DNA from: Chloroflexota bacterium
GTDB lineage: Bacteria > Chloroflexota > UBA11872 > VXOZ01
DNA length: 64,000 bases
Assembly (NCBI GenBank): GCA_965221905.1
Contig: OZ244922.1
Coordinates: forward strand, 2,848,001-2,912,000
Direction of reading: 5' to 3'
The notes below the pieces were generated by a model. It saw nothing but the letters and a program-made list of their open reading frames with translations, ran no database searches and was not told the origin of the DNA. Below are positions 17,842-27,608 of the stretch, piece after piece. How positions within the stretch are numbered: position 1 is the stretch's first letter; every line of letters starts with the position of its first letter. The position numbers and the translations under genes are program-made.

Positions 17842-19077
17842 TCAGTGCTCCTCGGCCTCTAACCGCAACAGCGCCTCAACCGTCCATCCGAGCAGCCAGG
17901 CGAGATTCTCAGGCGGGTGCGGCGTGGTTCTGCCTGTAATCTTGCGGTACCCGCCTTGGTCGATGAGCTCTTCAGTGGCGTTTGTAAGCAGCCATTGCTT
18001 TGCCTTTGCCGCCTTTGGTCCCACTCGTTCCTCAAGCGCTGCATCTACCCAGCCCACGGCGCGGATGTGGTCGTAGGCCAGCAAGGCCGCAGCGGTCATA
18101 CCGAGCCAGTGATCGTCTTGGGTGTGCATGCCGACGGCGCCATCCGGGAACTGGCAAGAGAACTGCCACTCTACTGAGCGCGTGCAGCGGTCGCGCATTA
18201 CAGCCTCACGAAGATGCTGCGCCGGCAGCCAAGTGTGCAACCGAGTCAAGAACTCTACTGCGCCCCGCGCCGAGAAGCCCCATCCGGTCTCATCCATGCG
18301 CACGCTGGGAAAATGCTCGGCGGCAATATCCGTCGGCCACGGCCCAATGCACCACGTGCCCAGCGAATCGACAAAAGCGCCGTCCGGGGAGCCCGGTTCG
18401 TGGAGGCGCAGGTAGTAGTCCGCCAACCGCACCGCCGAGGCCAGCACGTCATCACGCCGCGTCTGTTCATAGTAGTGTACCAGCCCCATGCCGACCCACC
18501 GCAGGTCGTCCGTAAAAGCGCCGTCGGTAATGGAAGGGTCTTGGCAATTGGATGGCGGATACCCAATGTTGTAGGCGTGACCGCGATCGGTGCGGTGTTG
18601 CTGCAAGTAGTCGAACAGCGAGTCGGCGCGGGCGTCGAAGCAGTCTTCGTCCGGGTTATGGAGGCAGAATTCGCCGTAGCACCACAAACCGACGCCCTGC
18701 ATCCAGGAGCGGCTGAAAAGGTTATTTACGGTCCGTGGATCGCCTACGCTGCTGGGATCCCGCTCCATCCTCTGACTCAGCCGCAAATTCCGCTGGCGGT
18801 CGGCTACCGGAGGCACCGGGTCGCGGACGAAGCTAAAGGAAAAAACCGCGTACCGATCCGCTGCTTCTTTGTAGCGCGCGTCATTGGTACGCTCATATAG
18901 CCGGTACAGAGCCTGTGCCAAGTACGGTGGGGAGTGGGCATGCGTAGGACCGAAGCTTCGACCGGTCGTGACGAACGGGCATTTCGCCGGATCCGGCCGC
19001 CCGACTATGCCTTGCCAGGAGACAAAGCGGTCACCGATCGAACGTGCAATCGTGAGGGGATCACGCATCATTGTCAC
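17842..19077 (-). CDS. Hypothetical (alpha/alpha)6-barrel protein, GH76-like DD motif
   Basis: 411-aa ORF; FTDDLRWVGMGLVHYYEQT, QFPDGA; no signal peptide. Confidence 0.6.
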   Translation of the reverse strand: MTMMRDPLTIARSIGDRFVSWQGIVGRPDPAKCPFVTTGRSFGPTHAHSPPYLAQALYRLYERTNDARYKEAADRYAVFSFSFVRDPVPPVADRQRNLRLSQRMERDPSSVGDPRTVNNLFSRSWMQGVGLWCYGEFCLHNPDEDCFDARADSLFDYLQQHRTDRGHAYNIGYPPSNCQDPSITDGAFTDDLRWVGMGLVHYYEQTRRDDVLASAVRLADYYLRLHEPGSPDGAFVDSLGTWCIGPWPTDIAAEHFPSVRMDETGWGFSARGAVEFLTRLHTWLPAQHLREAVMRDRCTRSVEWQFSCQFPDGAVGMHTQDDHWLGMTAAALLAYDHIRAVGWVDAALEERVGPKAAKAKQWLLTNATEELIDQGGYRKITGRTTPHPPENLAWLLGWTVEALLRLEAEEH

Positions 19078-19427
19078 TTCTTTCCGTTACAGCATTCACT
19101 GCTGTACTGCACTTCACCACTCTGCGTCTTTACTTTCCTACCCACCTTCTCCGTATTGTAACGTAGGCGTACCACGGGCAGAAGCAGTACCCCTACGCTC
19201 TTCCCGCCCGCGTAACTGCGCACATGCACCTAAAGCGTTGGTGCCCTTAGAGCAATAGAGCTGTTATTGCATTATCCTACCAACAGGGACCGGAGTAGTC
19301 GCCCACCACAAATCAAATGTCCTTGCTGTTCATTAGACTCTAAAGCTGCGGTACTTGTGGGCGGTTGACCTGGATGAGATTACAGGTAGCAGTGCGGATG
19401 TGTTATGACCTCAGTTGAGGGAGTGCC

Positions 19428-20279
19428 ATGAGGGTGAAGCTTCGAAATGCGAGCTTGCAGAGAGCCTTCGAGTTCGTGGAGAGCAACGGCACTAGGCCGA
19501 TGCGCGCGTTGGCTGCCAACGTGATGGGACTGATGGGAGCTGATGCAACGCTCGCCGAGCTGGTCAAAGCTTATCAAAACGCCGATGGGGGATGGCATAG
19601 GTTTGACAGTGATATGCCAGCGCCTCTGTCAACAATCTCGCAAACACACATTGGCCTGCAGTTATTGTTGTGGATTGAGCCGCGCGACAGCTCTTCTCTC
19701 GACCTAACGGTCGCTTTCCTGCAAAGGGCACAACAAGCGGGATCGTGGGATGAGCCCCAGGAGATTCTGAAGTACAATCCTCCGCCGTGGATGGTGCCTG
19801 GCAACCGGGCCAATCAACTGTGGTTGACCTCGGCGGTATGCTGCAAGCTGCTCGAACACCGTCGACAGGCCGATGTTCGGTTCGAGCAAGCGCTGGCATT
19901 TCTTCGTACCGGTTGGAACGGCAAACAGTTCCCCCGCTACCCTCATACCCATTGGATGGCACTCGCTCTATTCAGCCGGCTTCCAGATCCATCAAGTGCA
20001 GACCGTCGAATTGCGGAGGGCTGCAAGTAGTTTCTCTTAGGTCGACTTTCGCAAGGCACAATCGACCCGAAAGACGCCAACGACATTGCATATGCAGCGT
20101 TCCGTGCAGGGTACATGGCAGGCGATCTGTATAGCATTGCTTTCGAGAAAGTGCTTGCGAGCCAAGCCGATGACGGGGGTTGGGTAACTGACTACGGCGA
20201 CCGACATCGGGCCTGGGCAACAATCTCGGCAATGTACTTGTTGAAGACCGTTGCTCCGCCTGCGACGTATGCCCAGTAA
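19428..20279 (+). pseudogene. Prenyltransferase/squalene-cyclase-repeat (alpha-alpha toroid) protein interrupted by an in-frame TAG at 20028-20030
   Basis: YQNADGGW and QQAGSWDEP before the stop; the same frame continues 82 codons with SQADDGGW to TAA 20277-20279. Confidence 0.75.
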
Positions 20280-20781
20280 CAGAGATCTACTGCCGTCACG
20301 GGATCAGCCGTAAGACCTTATGCAGCCGGCCGCCCGGTATCGGGAGGGGGGCTCCTACTATGGCTTCTTGCAAAGCGTCTACAGCCCGCACTAGGGCCTC
20401 CTCCTGGTCCTCGCAAAGGTGGCAACTCCGGGAAGTCTGAGGAGATTTTCAGCAGTGTATCTCCGCCAAGGTGGCATGGCCTCCAAATCGTCCTAGCCTG
20501 GAGTGAGTATGCTCAAATATGCTGTCGTAGACAAGGGGATCGGGAGAGCATGCGTTGGGTCCCTTTACAGTTTTATTTTTCGTCCCTCAGGGGTGTCCCG
20601 CGCCTCCAGCCGGAGATCCGCCTAGTCCTCTTCACCGAAAACAACCGGGATTCCCATAGGCAACGTACGAAACTTGGTATGATGCTTGAGCACCGTCCAA
20701 GTACGAAATGGAGGGTCTAGGGAGACCAGCAAGCGATCTCGCCCAAGGCTCACAGCGTCATGTTATGTTCGGAGGTGTGGG

Positions 20782-21147
20782 ATGGCATGGAAGCAGAGCG
20801 AAGCGGCGGACGTGATGGACACGCCCGCAATCCACGAAGGGGAAGGTGTGATCACGCGCCGGAGGTTCTTCCGCGACACCACGCGGCTGCCCGTCCGCGT
20901 CGAGATATGGGAACTGCCGCCGGGCGCGAGTGAGGGATCCCATATCCACGACGGCGACGACGCGCTGGAGGAGTTTTACTACTTCATCGAGGGTCAGGGC
21001 GTCATGTGGATGAACGGACAAGAACTGCCGGTCCGGCCGGGAGACGCCGTCATGGCTCCTCCCGGGGCCGACCACGGTTTCCGCAACACCGGCGACGAGA
21101 CGCTGAAGCTGCTCCTGATCTGGGGCGCGCCGGCAGGAGAGTTGTAG
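20782..21147 (+). CDS. Cupin domain protein
   Basis: EGSHIH...LEEFYYFIEGQG and PGDAVMAPPGADHGFRN; GGAGG RBS before ATG 20782. Confidence 0.88.
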   Translation: MAWKQSEAADVMDTPAIHEGEGVITRRRFFRDTTRLPVRVEIWELPPGASEGSHIHDGDDALEEFYYFIEGQGVMWMNGQELPVRPGDAVMAPPGADHGFRNTGDETLKLLLIWGAPAGEL

Positions 21148-21150
21148 AAC

Positions 21151-21191
21151 GCTGTAGCGCGCACCATCCCGGTGTGATGGTGCGCTACAGC
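21151..21191. repeat. GTAG-type REP hairpin
   Basis: GCTGTAGCGCGCACCATC-CCGGTGT-GATGGTGCGCTACAGC. Confidence 0.6.
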
Positions 21192-21700
21192 AGAGAAGCC
21201 GTCTCGCATCGCAGGATGGACGTTGGGGGTGATTCCCCGCCCGCGCGCGAAATGGGCACTGGCCCGGCCAAAACAGCGCCCGCCGGGCGGCTGATTGCTC
21301 TGCCGCATGGCGCTCATGGCAAGTAAGGGGGAGGCCTGCGACCGCATGCCCGACTGCGCAATCTTCGCCGGCACCCGCTGGGAGCCGCCCAGCGTCTACG
21401 AGCGCGTCGAATGGCTCGCAGAGCAGTTCCGCTTCCTCTTGCACGTCGCGGCGGCTGTCGCGACGTGCAGGCCCTCATCACCCGCGTCGGCTCCAGCAGC
21501 GATGTGGATGTCACCGTCTACCAGAAGAGACCTTTGCGTAAACCGCAGCCAAAAGCAACGAATCACTGCTAACGACCTGAATGTTCCCTCTCCTTGAGGA
21601 GACCCTTGCGCAACTGTGCCGCATCGATAGAAGCGGGGTGAATCCCGGATACCGCTATAATGAGACTTGTCTTCAACACAATCTTCGAGGAAGCAGGTTC

Positions 21701-22888
21701 ATGAAAATCACCGACGTACGCAGCTACGTGCTGAAGTCACCCCTTGGCGATCAGGGTTTCTACGCGTCGCAAGAATCCTTTTCCGATCGCAGCAGTTGTC
21801 TCGTGCGTATCGAGACGGACACCGGTCTTGTTGGTTGGGGAGAAGGAGGTCTGTGGGGTGCGCCGGAACCGGTAGCGGCCATGATCGATCACGTCTTGGC
21901 GCCTCGCATCATGGGAAAAAACCCACTGCACATGGACGTCATCTGGGAACGCCTCTACGCCCACATCCGCGACTGGGGACGGCAGGGCACTGCCGTCGAA
22001 GCCATCAGCGGCGTCGATATCGCGTGCTGGGACATTGCGGGACAGGCGCTGCAGCAGCCAATCTACGCGCTCTTGGGCGGCGCCTTTCGAGACCGCGTAC
22101 AGGCGTATGCGACCGGAGGCTACTACAAAGGCGGGCCGGACAAGTGGGCAGACACGGGCCTCCTAAAGGCAGAAGTAGCGCGTCACGTCGACAACGGTTT
22201 TCGCGCTCTCAAGATCAAGGTCGGGCTGCTCTCGGTAGCGGAGGATCTCGCCCGCGTGAAGGCTGCGCGGCAGGCGCTAGATGAATGCGCGCCAAGCGGT
22301 TCGCGGTTTCCCTACATGGTGGACGCCAACCACGCCTATCCGCCGCACATTGCTATTACTGTCGGTCGCGGCCTGGAAGAAGAAGGGGTCTTGTGGTTCG
22401 AGGAGCCGGTGATCCCGGAAGACCGCAGGGGGTACCGTCAGGTGGCCGAGACCCTCGATCTTGCCATCGCGGCGGGCGAATGCGAGCACACGCGCTACAG
22501 TTTTCGCGATCTCATGCTCGATGGGTGCATTGACATTGCGCAGCCGGACATCTGCGGCACCGGCGGCATTTCGGAAGCCGTCAAGATCGCCACGCTCGCG
22601 CGGACGTTTGGCGTGCAGGTTATTCCGCACGTTTGGGGCTCCGGTATTGCGCTGGCCGCTGCGCTGCATTTCATTGCTTCACTGCCGCCAAGTCCACACT
22701 CGGCGAATCCCCTGCCAGCCCTGAATGAACCGATGCTGGAGTTCGACCGCAACCCCAATCCACTGCGCGATACGCTGCTGCGAGAACCTTTCGCTCTCGA
22801 GCACGACGGGACCGTGCTGATACCGCAGCGGCCGGGCTTGGGAATTGAGGTGGATGTAGCAGTGGTGGCGCAGTTCGGACCGCAATAG
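21701..22888 (+). CDS. Mandelate racemase/muconate lactonizing enzyme family (galactarolactone cycloisomerase-like)
   Basis: AISGVDIACWDI, KIK, DANH, WFEEP, AGE, QPD, PHVWGSG, PGLG. Confidence 0.9.
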   Translation: MKITDVRSYVLKSPLGDQGFYASQESFSDRSSCLVRIETDTGLVGWGEGGLWGAPEPVAAMIDHVLAPRIMGKNPLHMDVIWERLYAHIRDWGRQGTAVEAISGVDIACWDIAGQALQQPIYALLGGAFRDRVQAYATGGYYKGGPDKWADTGLLKAEVARHVDNGFRALKIKVGLLSVAEDLARVKAARQALDECAPSGSRFPYMVDANHAYPPHIAITVGRGLEEEGVLWFEEPVIPEDRRGYRQVAETLDLAIAAGECEHTRYSFRDLMLDGCIDIAQPDICGTGGISEAVKIATLARTFGVQVIPHVWGSGIALAAALHFIASLPPSPHSANPLPALNEPMLEFDRNPNPLRDTLLREPFALEHDGTVLIPQRPGLGIEVDVAVVAQFGPQ

Positions 22889-22946
22889 ATAAACCTGATA
22901 GCGGCAAAAGACCGGCAGTCAGCCCTTCTGTGGTGCACCCTAGAGC

Positions 22947-23140
22947 CCGTTCGCGGTGAGCCCCAATGTCCCTTCGTGGCGAGCCGCAATTTCCGTTCGT
23001 GGTTATCGCCATTGACCGTTCGTAGCAAGCCCCAATTTCCGTTCGCGGTGAGAGCCAATTTGCGCTCGCGATGAGCGCCAATGTCCGTTCGCGGTGAGCC
23101 TGCCAGTCCTGAGCTTGCCGAAGGGTCGAACCATGAACGG
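22947..23140. repeat. Degenerate 23-bp tandem array (6 units) ending in a full REP palindrome
   Basis: Units start at 22947, 22970, 22993, 23016, 23039 and 23062 (consensus CCGTTCGYGGTGAGCSCCAATKT); the 7th unit at 23085 closes with TCGAACCATGAACGG. Confidence 0.85.
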
Positions 23141-23191
23141 ACGTGCGAAAACCCTGTAGATTCAGTTTCGGAATTCCCGGTTTCGCCAGCT

Positions 23192-24331
23192 CTACTGCAT
23201 GGCAAACCGGTCAAGGCCGAACATCCCGATTTCGTGCCTCGACCTACCGTCCAGGGCCAACTCAGCGACAATTTCACCCACAACGCTACAGAACTTGAAT
23301 CCGTGACCGGAGAAGCCGGCCGCAATCACCACGTTGGCATGCTCCGGATGGTGGTCCATGATGAAGTGACCGTCCGGCGTATTGGTGAACATGCACGTTT
23401 TCAGCGCCATCGTGGCCCCCATGCCGCCGGTCAGGTGTCGTTGCGTGAAGGAGCGCAGCGCCTCTTCATCAGCGGGATGGCACCCGCGGTCAACGTCATC
23501 CGGCGCGGTCTGTTGTCGCAGGTGGTGGAATTTCCCAATTTTAAACCCAGGCACACCATAGATGGGAAAGCCGTAGAAGTGCCCTTCCGGCGTGAGCGCG
23601 TTGAAGACCGGAAAGCGCTCCACCGCGAATAGGTCCGGTTGCGCCGGTTGAAACCATCCCATGACTTGGCGCTCAGGCACGGCGTTTTCGCCAAGCAGCG
23701 ACAGCAAGGATTGGCTCCACGCCCCCGCCGTGAAGATTAGCCGCTCCGCAGTATAGGTTGCACGGTTCGTGCGCACCGTGACACTCCCCTGCTCTGCCTG
23801 CCACTCAAGCACCTGCTCGCGTGCCCGCACCTCGCCGCCCGCGGCCTGCGCCTGTAACACATGGTGCACGATGCAACGTTCCGGCAGGAGGAATCCGCCA
23901 TCGGGCTGCCACACGGCCATCATCTCCGGTGGGAGATTGAATCCTGGAAAGCGGTGTGTCAACTCCCCGCTCGTAAGCACGTCGTGCGCAAGGTTGTGCT
24001 CCGCGCAGGAGCTTATGGAACCCTCAACAACGAACGAATCCGGCGCGCCGGCATCGATCGAGCCGGTAATGTGCAGCAACTGTTCGCCACCGGCCTGTTC
24101 CAGTTCGCGCCAGAGCGCATACGCTCGCGCAAGCAGCGGCACGTATGAAGGGTGCTCGAAGTACGTGAGCCGGATGACGCGCGTAACGCCGTGCGACGAT
24201 CCCATATCGTGGGGTATATCATATTGCTCCAGGCCCAATACGCGCTGGCCGCGCTGCGCCAAATGGTAAACGGCGGCGCTGCCCATGCCGCCTACGCCAA
24301 CCACAATGGTGTCGAAATGCTCAGTTTTCAT
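23192..24331 (-). CDS. solA: N-methyl-L-tryptophan oxidase / monomeric sarcosine oxidase
   Basis: GVGGMGS, GSSHGVTRVIR, KTCMFTNTPD (covalent-FAD Cys), GFSGHGFKF. Confidence 0.88.
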   Translation of the reverse strand: MKTEHFDTIVVGVGGMGSAAVYHLAQRGQRVLGLEQYDIPHDMGSSHGVTRVIRLTYFEHPSYVPLLARAYALWRELEQAGGEQLLHITGSIDAGAPDSFVVEGSISSCAEHNLAHDVLTSGELTHRFPGFNLPPEMMAVWQPDGGFLLPERCIVHHVLQAQAAGGEVRAREQVLEWQAEQGSVTVRTNRATYTAERLIFTAGAWSQSLLSLLGENAVPERQVMGWFQPAQPDLFAVERFPVFNALTPEGHFYGFPIYGVPGFKIGKFHHLRQQTAPDDVDRGCHPADEEALRSFTQRHLTGGMGATMALKTCMFTNTPDGHFIMDHHPEHANVVIAAGFSGHGFKFCSVVGEIVAELALDGRSRHEIGMFGLDRFAMQ

Positions 24332-24514
24332 GCTTCTTCTCCCTCACCAGCCCTCTCCTGTCCCAAACTGGATCGCCCTTCAATCGTTTCCCTATTCCTC
24401 ACTGTCCGAATTGAGTTGTGAATTATATCCAGTACTTGAAGTCTTTCCTCCTTGCGCCCGCCCGTTCAGAAACTACAGCGTGCGCAACCGGCCCATGCGG
24501 CTGATTCCTTACAA

Positions 24515-25405
24515 CTATAGTATCGGCTCCGACCGGATCGCACCCAAAGGAATCTCCATTAAGTCTTCTCCGAGAATTATGGCGCCATCGAATACTGCAG
24601 CCGCTTCGGCCACCATGCGCTCGCGAATGCCCGGGCGCGTTATCTGTTCGGTAAGGTGGATCAGCACCAGCTTGTCAACACCGGCCTCGGCTGCCGTGCG
24701 CGCGGCGTCAAGGTGTCCTGAGCACGACGACGTGATACGCGGGTCAGTTTCAACGCCGTTAAGAAAGTGGCACATGTGCAAGAGCACGTTCGCCCCGCGC
24801 GCCAACTCAACAAGCTGCGCGTTCGGCGCGGTATCGCCCGTAACCACAATGCTGCCTTCAGAGCTATTGAAACGATATGCCACCGACTGGAGATACGGCT
24901 GACAGTGGACCATCTCTGCCACCTGCACCTGCCAGCCTTCCCCTTCTATTTCAGTGCCCGCGCCAACTTCCTGGACCTGCGGCGCGGGACGCCGGCGCGG
25001 GAGCTTGCCGCCCCGGTGTTCATAGATCAGATGGCTGCCCGGATGGAGCGTACGCCCCGCGATATCCGCCTGATAAGTCCCCTCTTCGCTGAACAGCAGA
25101 TGGGTCATGCGGTCAATGCCGCTGGGCCCGTATACATTGAGATCGGGAATCTGCCCCGCACCTTGGTCCCAGCGGGTAAGGGTAAGGTAGCCGTAGTCCA
25201 TGCAATGATCGTAGTGCAGGTGGGTCAGGAAGAGATGGGTAATGCGCGTCGGCGCCACTCCCTTTGCCAAGAGGCGTTGCACCGCTGCCGGCCCACAGTC
25301 GAAAAGCAGCGAGGCGTTATCCTGTTCTACCAGGAAACTGCATCCTGCACGTTCTAGGGAGGGAGTTGGCGTCCCTGTGCCAAGGAGAGTTAGTCGGAGT
25401 GACAT
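24515..25405 (-). CDS. MBL-fold metallo-hydrolase (RNase Z/AtsA-like)
   Basis: LLGTGTP, FDCG, THLHYDH, TGDT, GH, LIHL. Confidence 0.85.
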   Translation of the reverse strand: MSLRLTLLGTGTPTPSLERAGCSFLVEQDNASLLFDCGPAAVQRLLAKGVAPTRITHLFLTHLHYDHCMDYGYLTLTRWDQGAGQIPDLNVYGPSGIDRMTHLLFSEEGTYQADIAGRTLHPGSHLIYEHRGGKLPRRRPAPQVQEVGAGTEIEGEGWQVQVAEMVHCQPYLQSVAYRFNSSEGSIVVTGDTAPNAQLVELARGANVLLHMCHFLNGVETDPRITSSCSGHLDAARTAAEAGVDKLVLIHLTEQITRPGIRERMVAEAAAVFDGAIILGEDLMEIPLGAIRSEPIL

Positions 25406-25674
25406 GCTGGCTATACCTCATTACGCCGTTCACAGCATTCAGTTGGGAATCCCGTAACTGGCGCATGCTACGAGCGTCCTGCTGAATAATACCGCGATTC
25501 AGCCTCCTCCTGCCCGCAGACATTGGACGTCCCTCCAATCACTCGCGACAATCCTCCACGCCAATCATATTGCAAACTACACAGCGGCAACGCGCTGCTA
25601 CATACGCCGCTCAAGGAAATACAGTGATTAGAGACCGAAATACGCGATTTCAGGTCGAATTTACACGCGCTAAC

Positions 25675-25703
25675 TTGACTACAGGAAGCGGGGACTCTAT
25701 AAT
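25675..25703 (+). promoter_or_regulatory. Sigma70-type promoter of groL
   Basis: TTGACT-17 bp-TATAAT, about 70 nt upstream of the ATG. Confidence 0.8.
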
Positions 25704-25772
25704 TAAAACATCACCGCAGCAAAGTGCGCGGTGTACTTGGTGTAAAGCACGAATAAGGAGATATCTACGCCA

Positions 25773-27407
25773 ATGGCAAAGCAGGTAGTACTGAATGAAG
25801 AAGCCCGGCGCGCGCTAATGGCCGGCATCGAGCAGGTGGCCGAAGCAGTCGAGTCCACCCTCGGCCCCAAGGGGCGCAACGTAGCACTGGGCAAGAAGTA
25901 TGGCGCGCCGGTCGTGACCCACGACGGCGTCACTGTCGCCAAGGAAATCGAACTTGAGGATGGGCTTCAAAACGTCGGCGCCCAGCTCATCAAGGAAGCA
26001 GCGAGCAAGACCAATGATGTCGCCGGTGACGGCACCACGACCGCGACCGTGCTCGCCCACACCCTCATAACTGAGGGACACCGCAACGTGGTTGCCGGTG
26101 TGAACCCCATGATCATGAAGCGCGGCCTGGAGCAAGCCACCCGCGTCGTGGTTGACGAACTGCGGCAGATCGCCACGCCCGTAACGGGCAAGGCGCAAGT
26201 TGCCGAAGTTGCCTCTATCTCTGCTGCCGATAGCGAGATCGGCGATCTCATTGGCGACGTGATGGACAAGGTCGGCAAAGACGGCGTCATCACGGTGGAA
26301 GAGGGTCGCGGCATTGGTTTCTCGGTTGAGTACGTGGAAGGTATGGAGTTCGACCGCGGCTACATCTCTCCTTACTTTGTCACCAACTCCGACCGAATGG
26401 AAGCCTCTATCGAGGACCCGTACATCTTCATCACCGACAAGAAGCTTAGCGCCGGCAACGACGTGCTGCCGCTACTCGAAAAATTCGTGCAATCCGGGCA
26501 GAAGAGCCTGGTAGTCATTGCTGAAGATGTCGAGGGCGAGGCCCTGGCAATGCTAGTCGTGAACAAGATGCGTGGTGTGTTGAACTGTGTCGCCCTCAAG
26601 GCTCCCGGCTACGGCGATCGCCGCAAAGAGATGCTGCAGGACATGGCAGTCCTAACCGGCGGTCAGGTGATTTCCGAAGAGTTGGGGCGACGCCTCGACC
26701 AAGTGGCGCTCGAGGACCTCGGTCGTGCCCGCCGCGTCGTTTCCGATAAGGACAACACGACGTTCGTCGAGGGACACGGTGATTCCGAGGAAGTCAAGGG
26801 TCGCATCAACCAGATCAGGGCTCAGGTTGAAGAGACCACGAGTGACTACGACCGCGAAAAACTGGAAGAGCGCGTAGCGAAGATGTCCGGTGGCGTGGCG
26901 GTCATCAACGTGGGTGCGGCCACCGAGGTTGAGTTGAAAGAGAAGAAGCACCGCGTCGAGGATGCACTCTCGGCGACGCGCGCTGCGGTTGAGGAAGGCA
27001 TCGTCCCCGGTGGCGGCATTGCACTACTCAACGCTCTGCCCGCTCTGGACGGCCTAAAGCTCGACAGCGACGAAGCCGTTGCGGTGAAAATCATGGCCCG
27101 TGCACTGGAAGCGCCGATTCGCCGCATCGCGCAGAATGCCGGCCAGGATGGCTCCGTCATTGCCCAAGAGGTTCGCCGCTTGGCCAAGAGCCGCCGCAAT
27201 AAGAACGTTGGCTTCGACGTGCTCACCGCTGAGTATGTTGACATGATTGAGGCGGGCATTATCGACCCGCTGAAGGTCACCCGTTCGGCAGTCGAGAATG
27301 CGGCCTCGGTTGCGGCCATGGTGCTGACAACCGACGCGTTGGTGGTTGACATTCCGGAACCGCCCGCACCCGCGCCCGCCGAAGGCGAAGGTGGGATGCC
27401 TTACTAA
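25773..27407 (+). CDS. groL: Chaperonin GroEL
   Basis: [45 protein letters not shown]. Confidence 0.98.
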   Translation: MAKQVVLNEEARRALMAGIEQVAEAVESTLGPKGRNVALGKKYGAPVVTHDGVTVAKEIELEDGLQNVGAQLIKEAASKTNDVAGDGTTTATVLAHTLITEGHRNVVAGVNPMIMKRGLEQATRVVVDELRQIATPVTGKAQVAEVASISAADSEIGDLIGDVMDKVGKDGVITVEEGRGIGFSVEYVEGMEFDRGYISPYFVTNSDRMEASIEDPYIFITDKKLSAGNDVLPLLEKFVQSGQKSLVVIAEDVEGEALAMLVVNKMRGVLNCVALKAPGYGDRRKEMLQDMAVLTGGQVISEELGRRLDQVALEDLGRARRVVSDKDNTTFVEGHGDSEEVKGRINQIRAQVEETTSDYDREKLEERVAKMSGGVAVINVGAATEVELKEKKHRVEDALSATRAAVEEGIVPGGGIALLNALPALDGLKLDSDEAVAVKIMARALEAPIRRIAQNAGQDGSVIAQEVRRLAKSRRNKNVGFDVLTAEYVDMIEAGIIDPLKVTRSAVENAASVAAMVLTTDALVVDIPEPPAPAPAEGEGGMPY

Positions 27408-27436
27408 GGCAACCGGTTCTCAGTACCGAGAATTGA

Positions 27437-27469
27437 GAGGGGGCTCCCCAAGGGGAGCCCCCTCATTTT
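27437..27469 (+). terminator. Intrinsic terminator after groL
   Basis: GAGGGGGCTCCCC-AA-GGGGAGCCCCCTC followed by ATTTT. Confidence 0.8.
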
Positions 27470-27608
27470 GCGTCTTTTGGCGGATTGGTGTCTCTTGCCG
27501 CACCCGCAGTAACGGTCCGCTCTCAGACCGTTGCTCTGCCACGAACCATCGCTCCGGTCGGCATACTCCGTCGTATATTAATTCGATGCCAGGAAAGATA
27601 CTAGCACA

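Noticed and set aside
21295-21597. 100-aa ORF after the cupin gene
   Set aside because: May be a gene remnant, but has no recognisable family or clear RBS, so not supportable
22947-23140. CRISPR array
   Set aside because: Units abut with no unique spacers, the repeats are degenerate, and there are no cas genes
22495-23325. 276-aa minus-strand ORF with repeated peptides
   Set aside because: It reads through the 23-bp tandem repeat and overlaps two real genes
25704-25772. CIRCE operator before groL
   Set aside because: No TTAGCACTC-N9-GAGTGCTAA match
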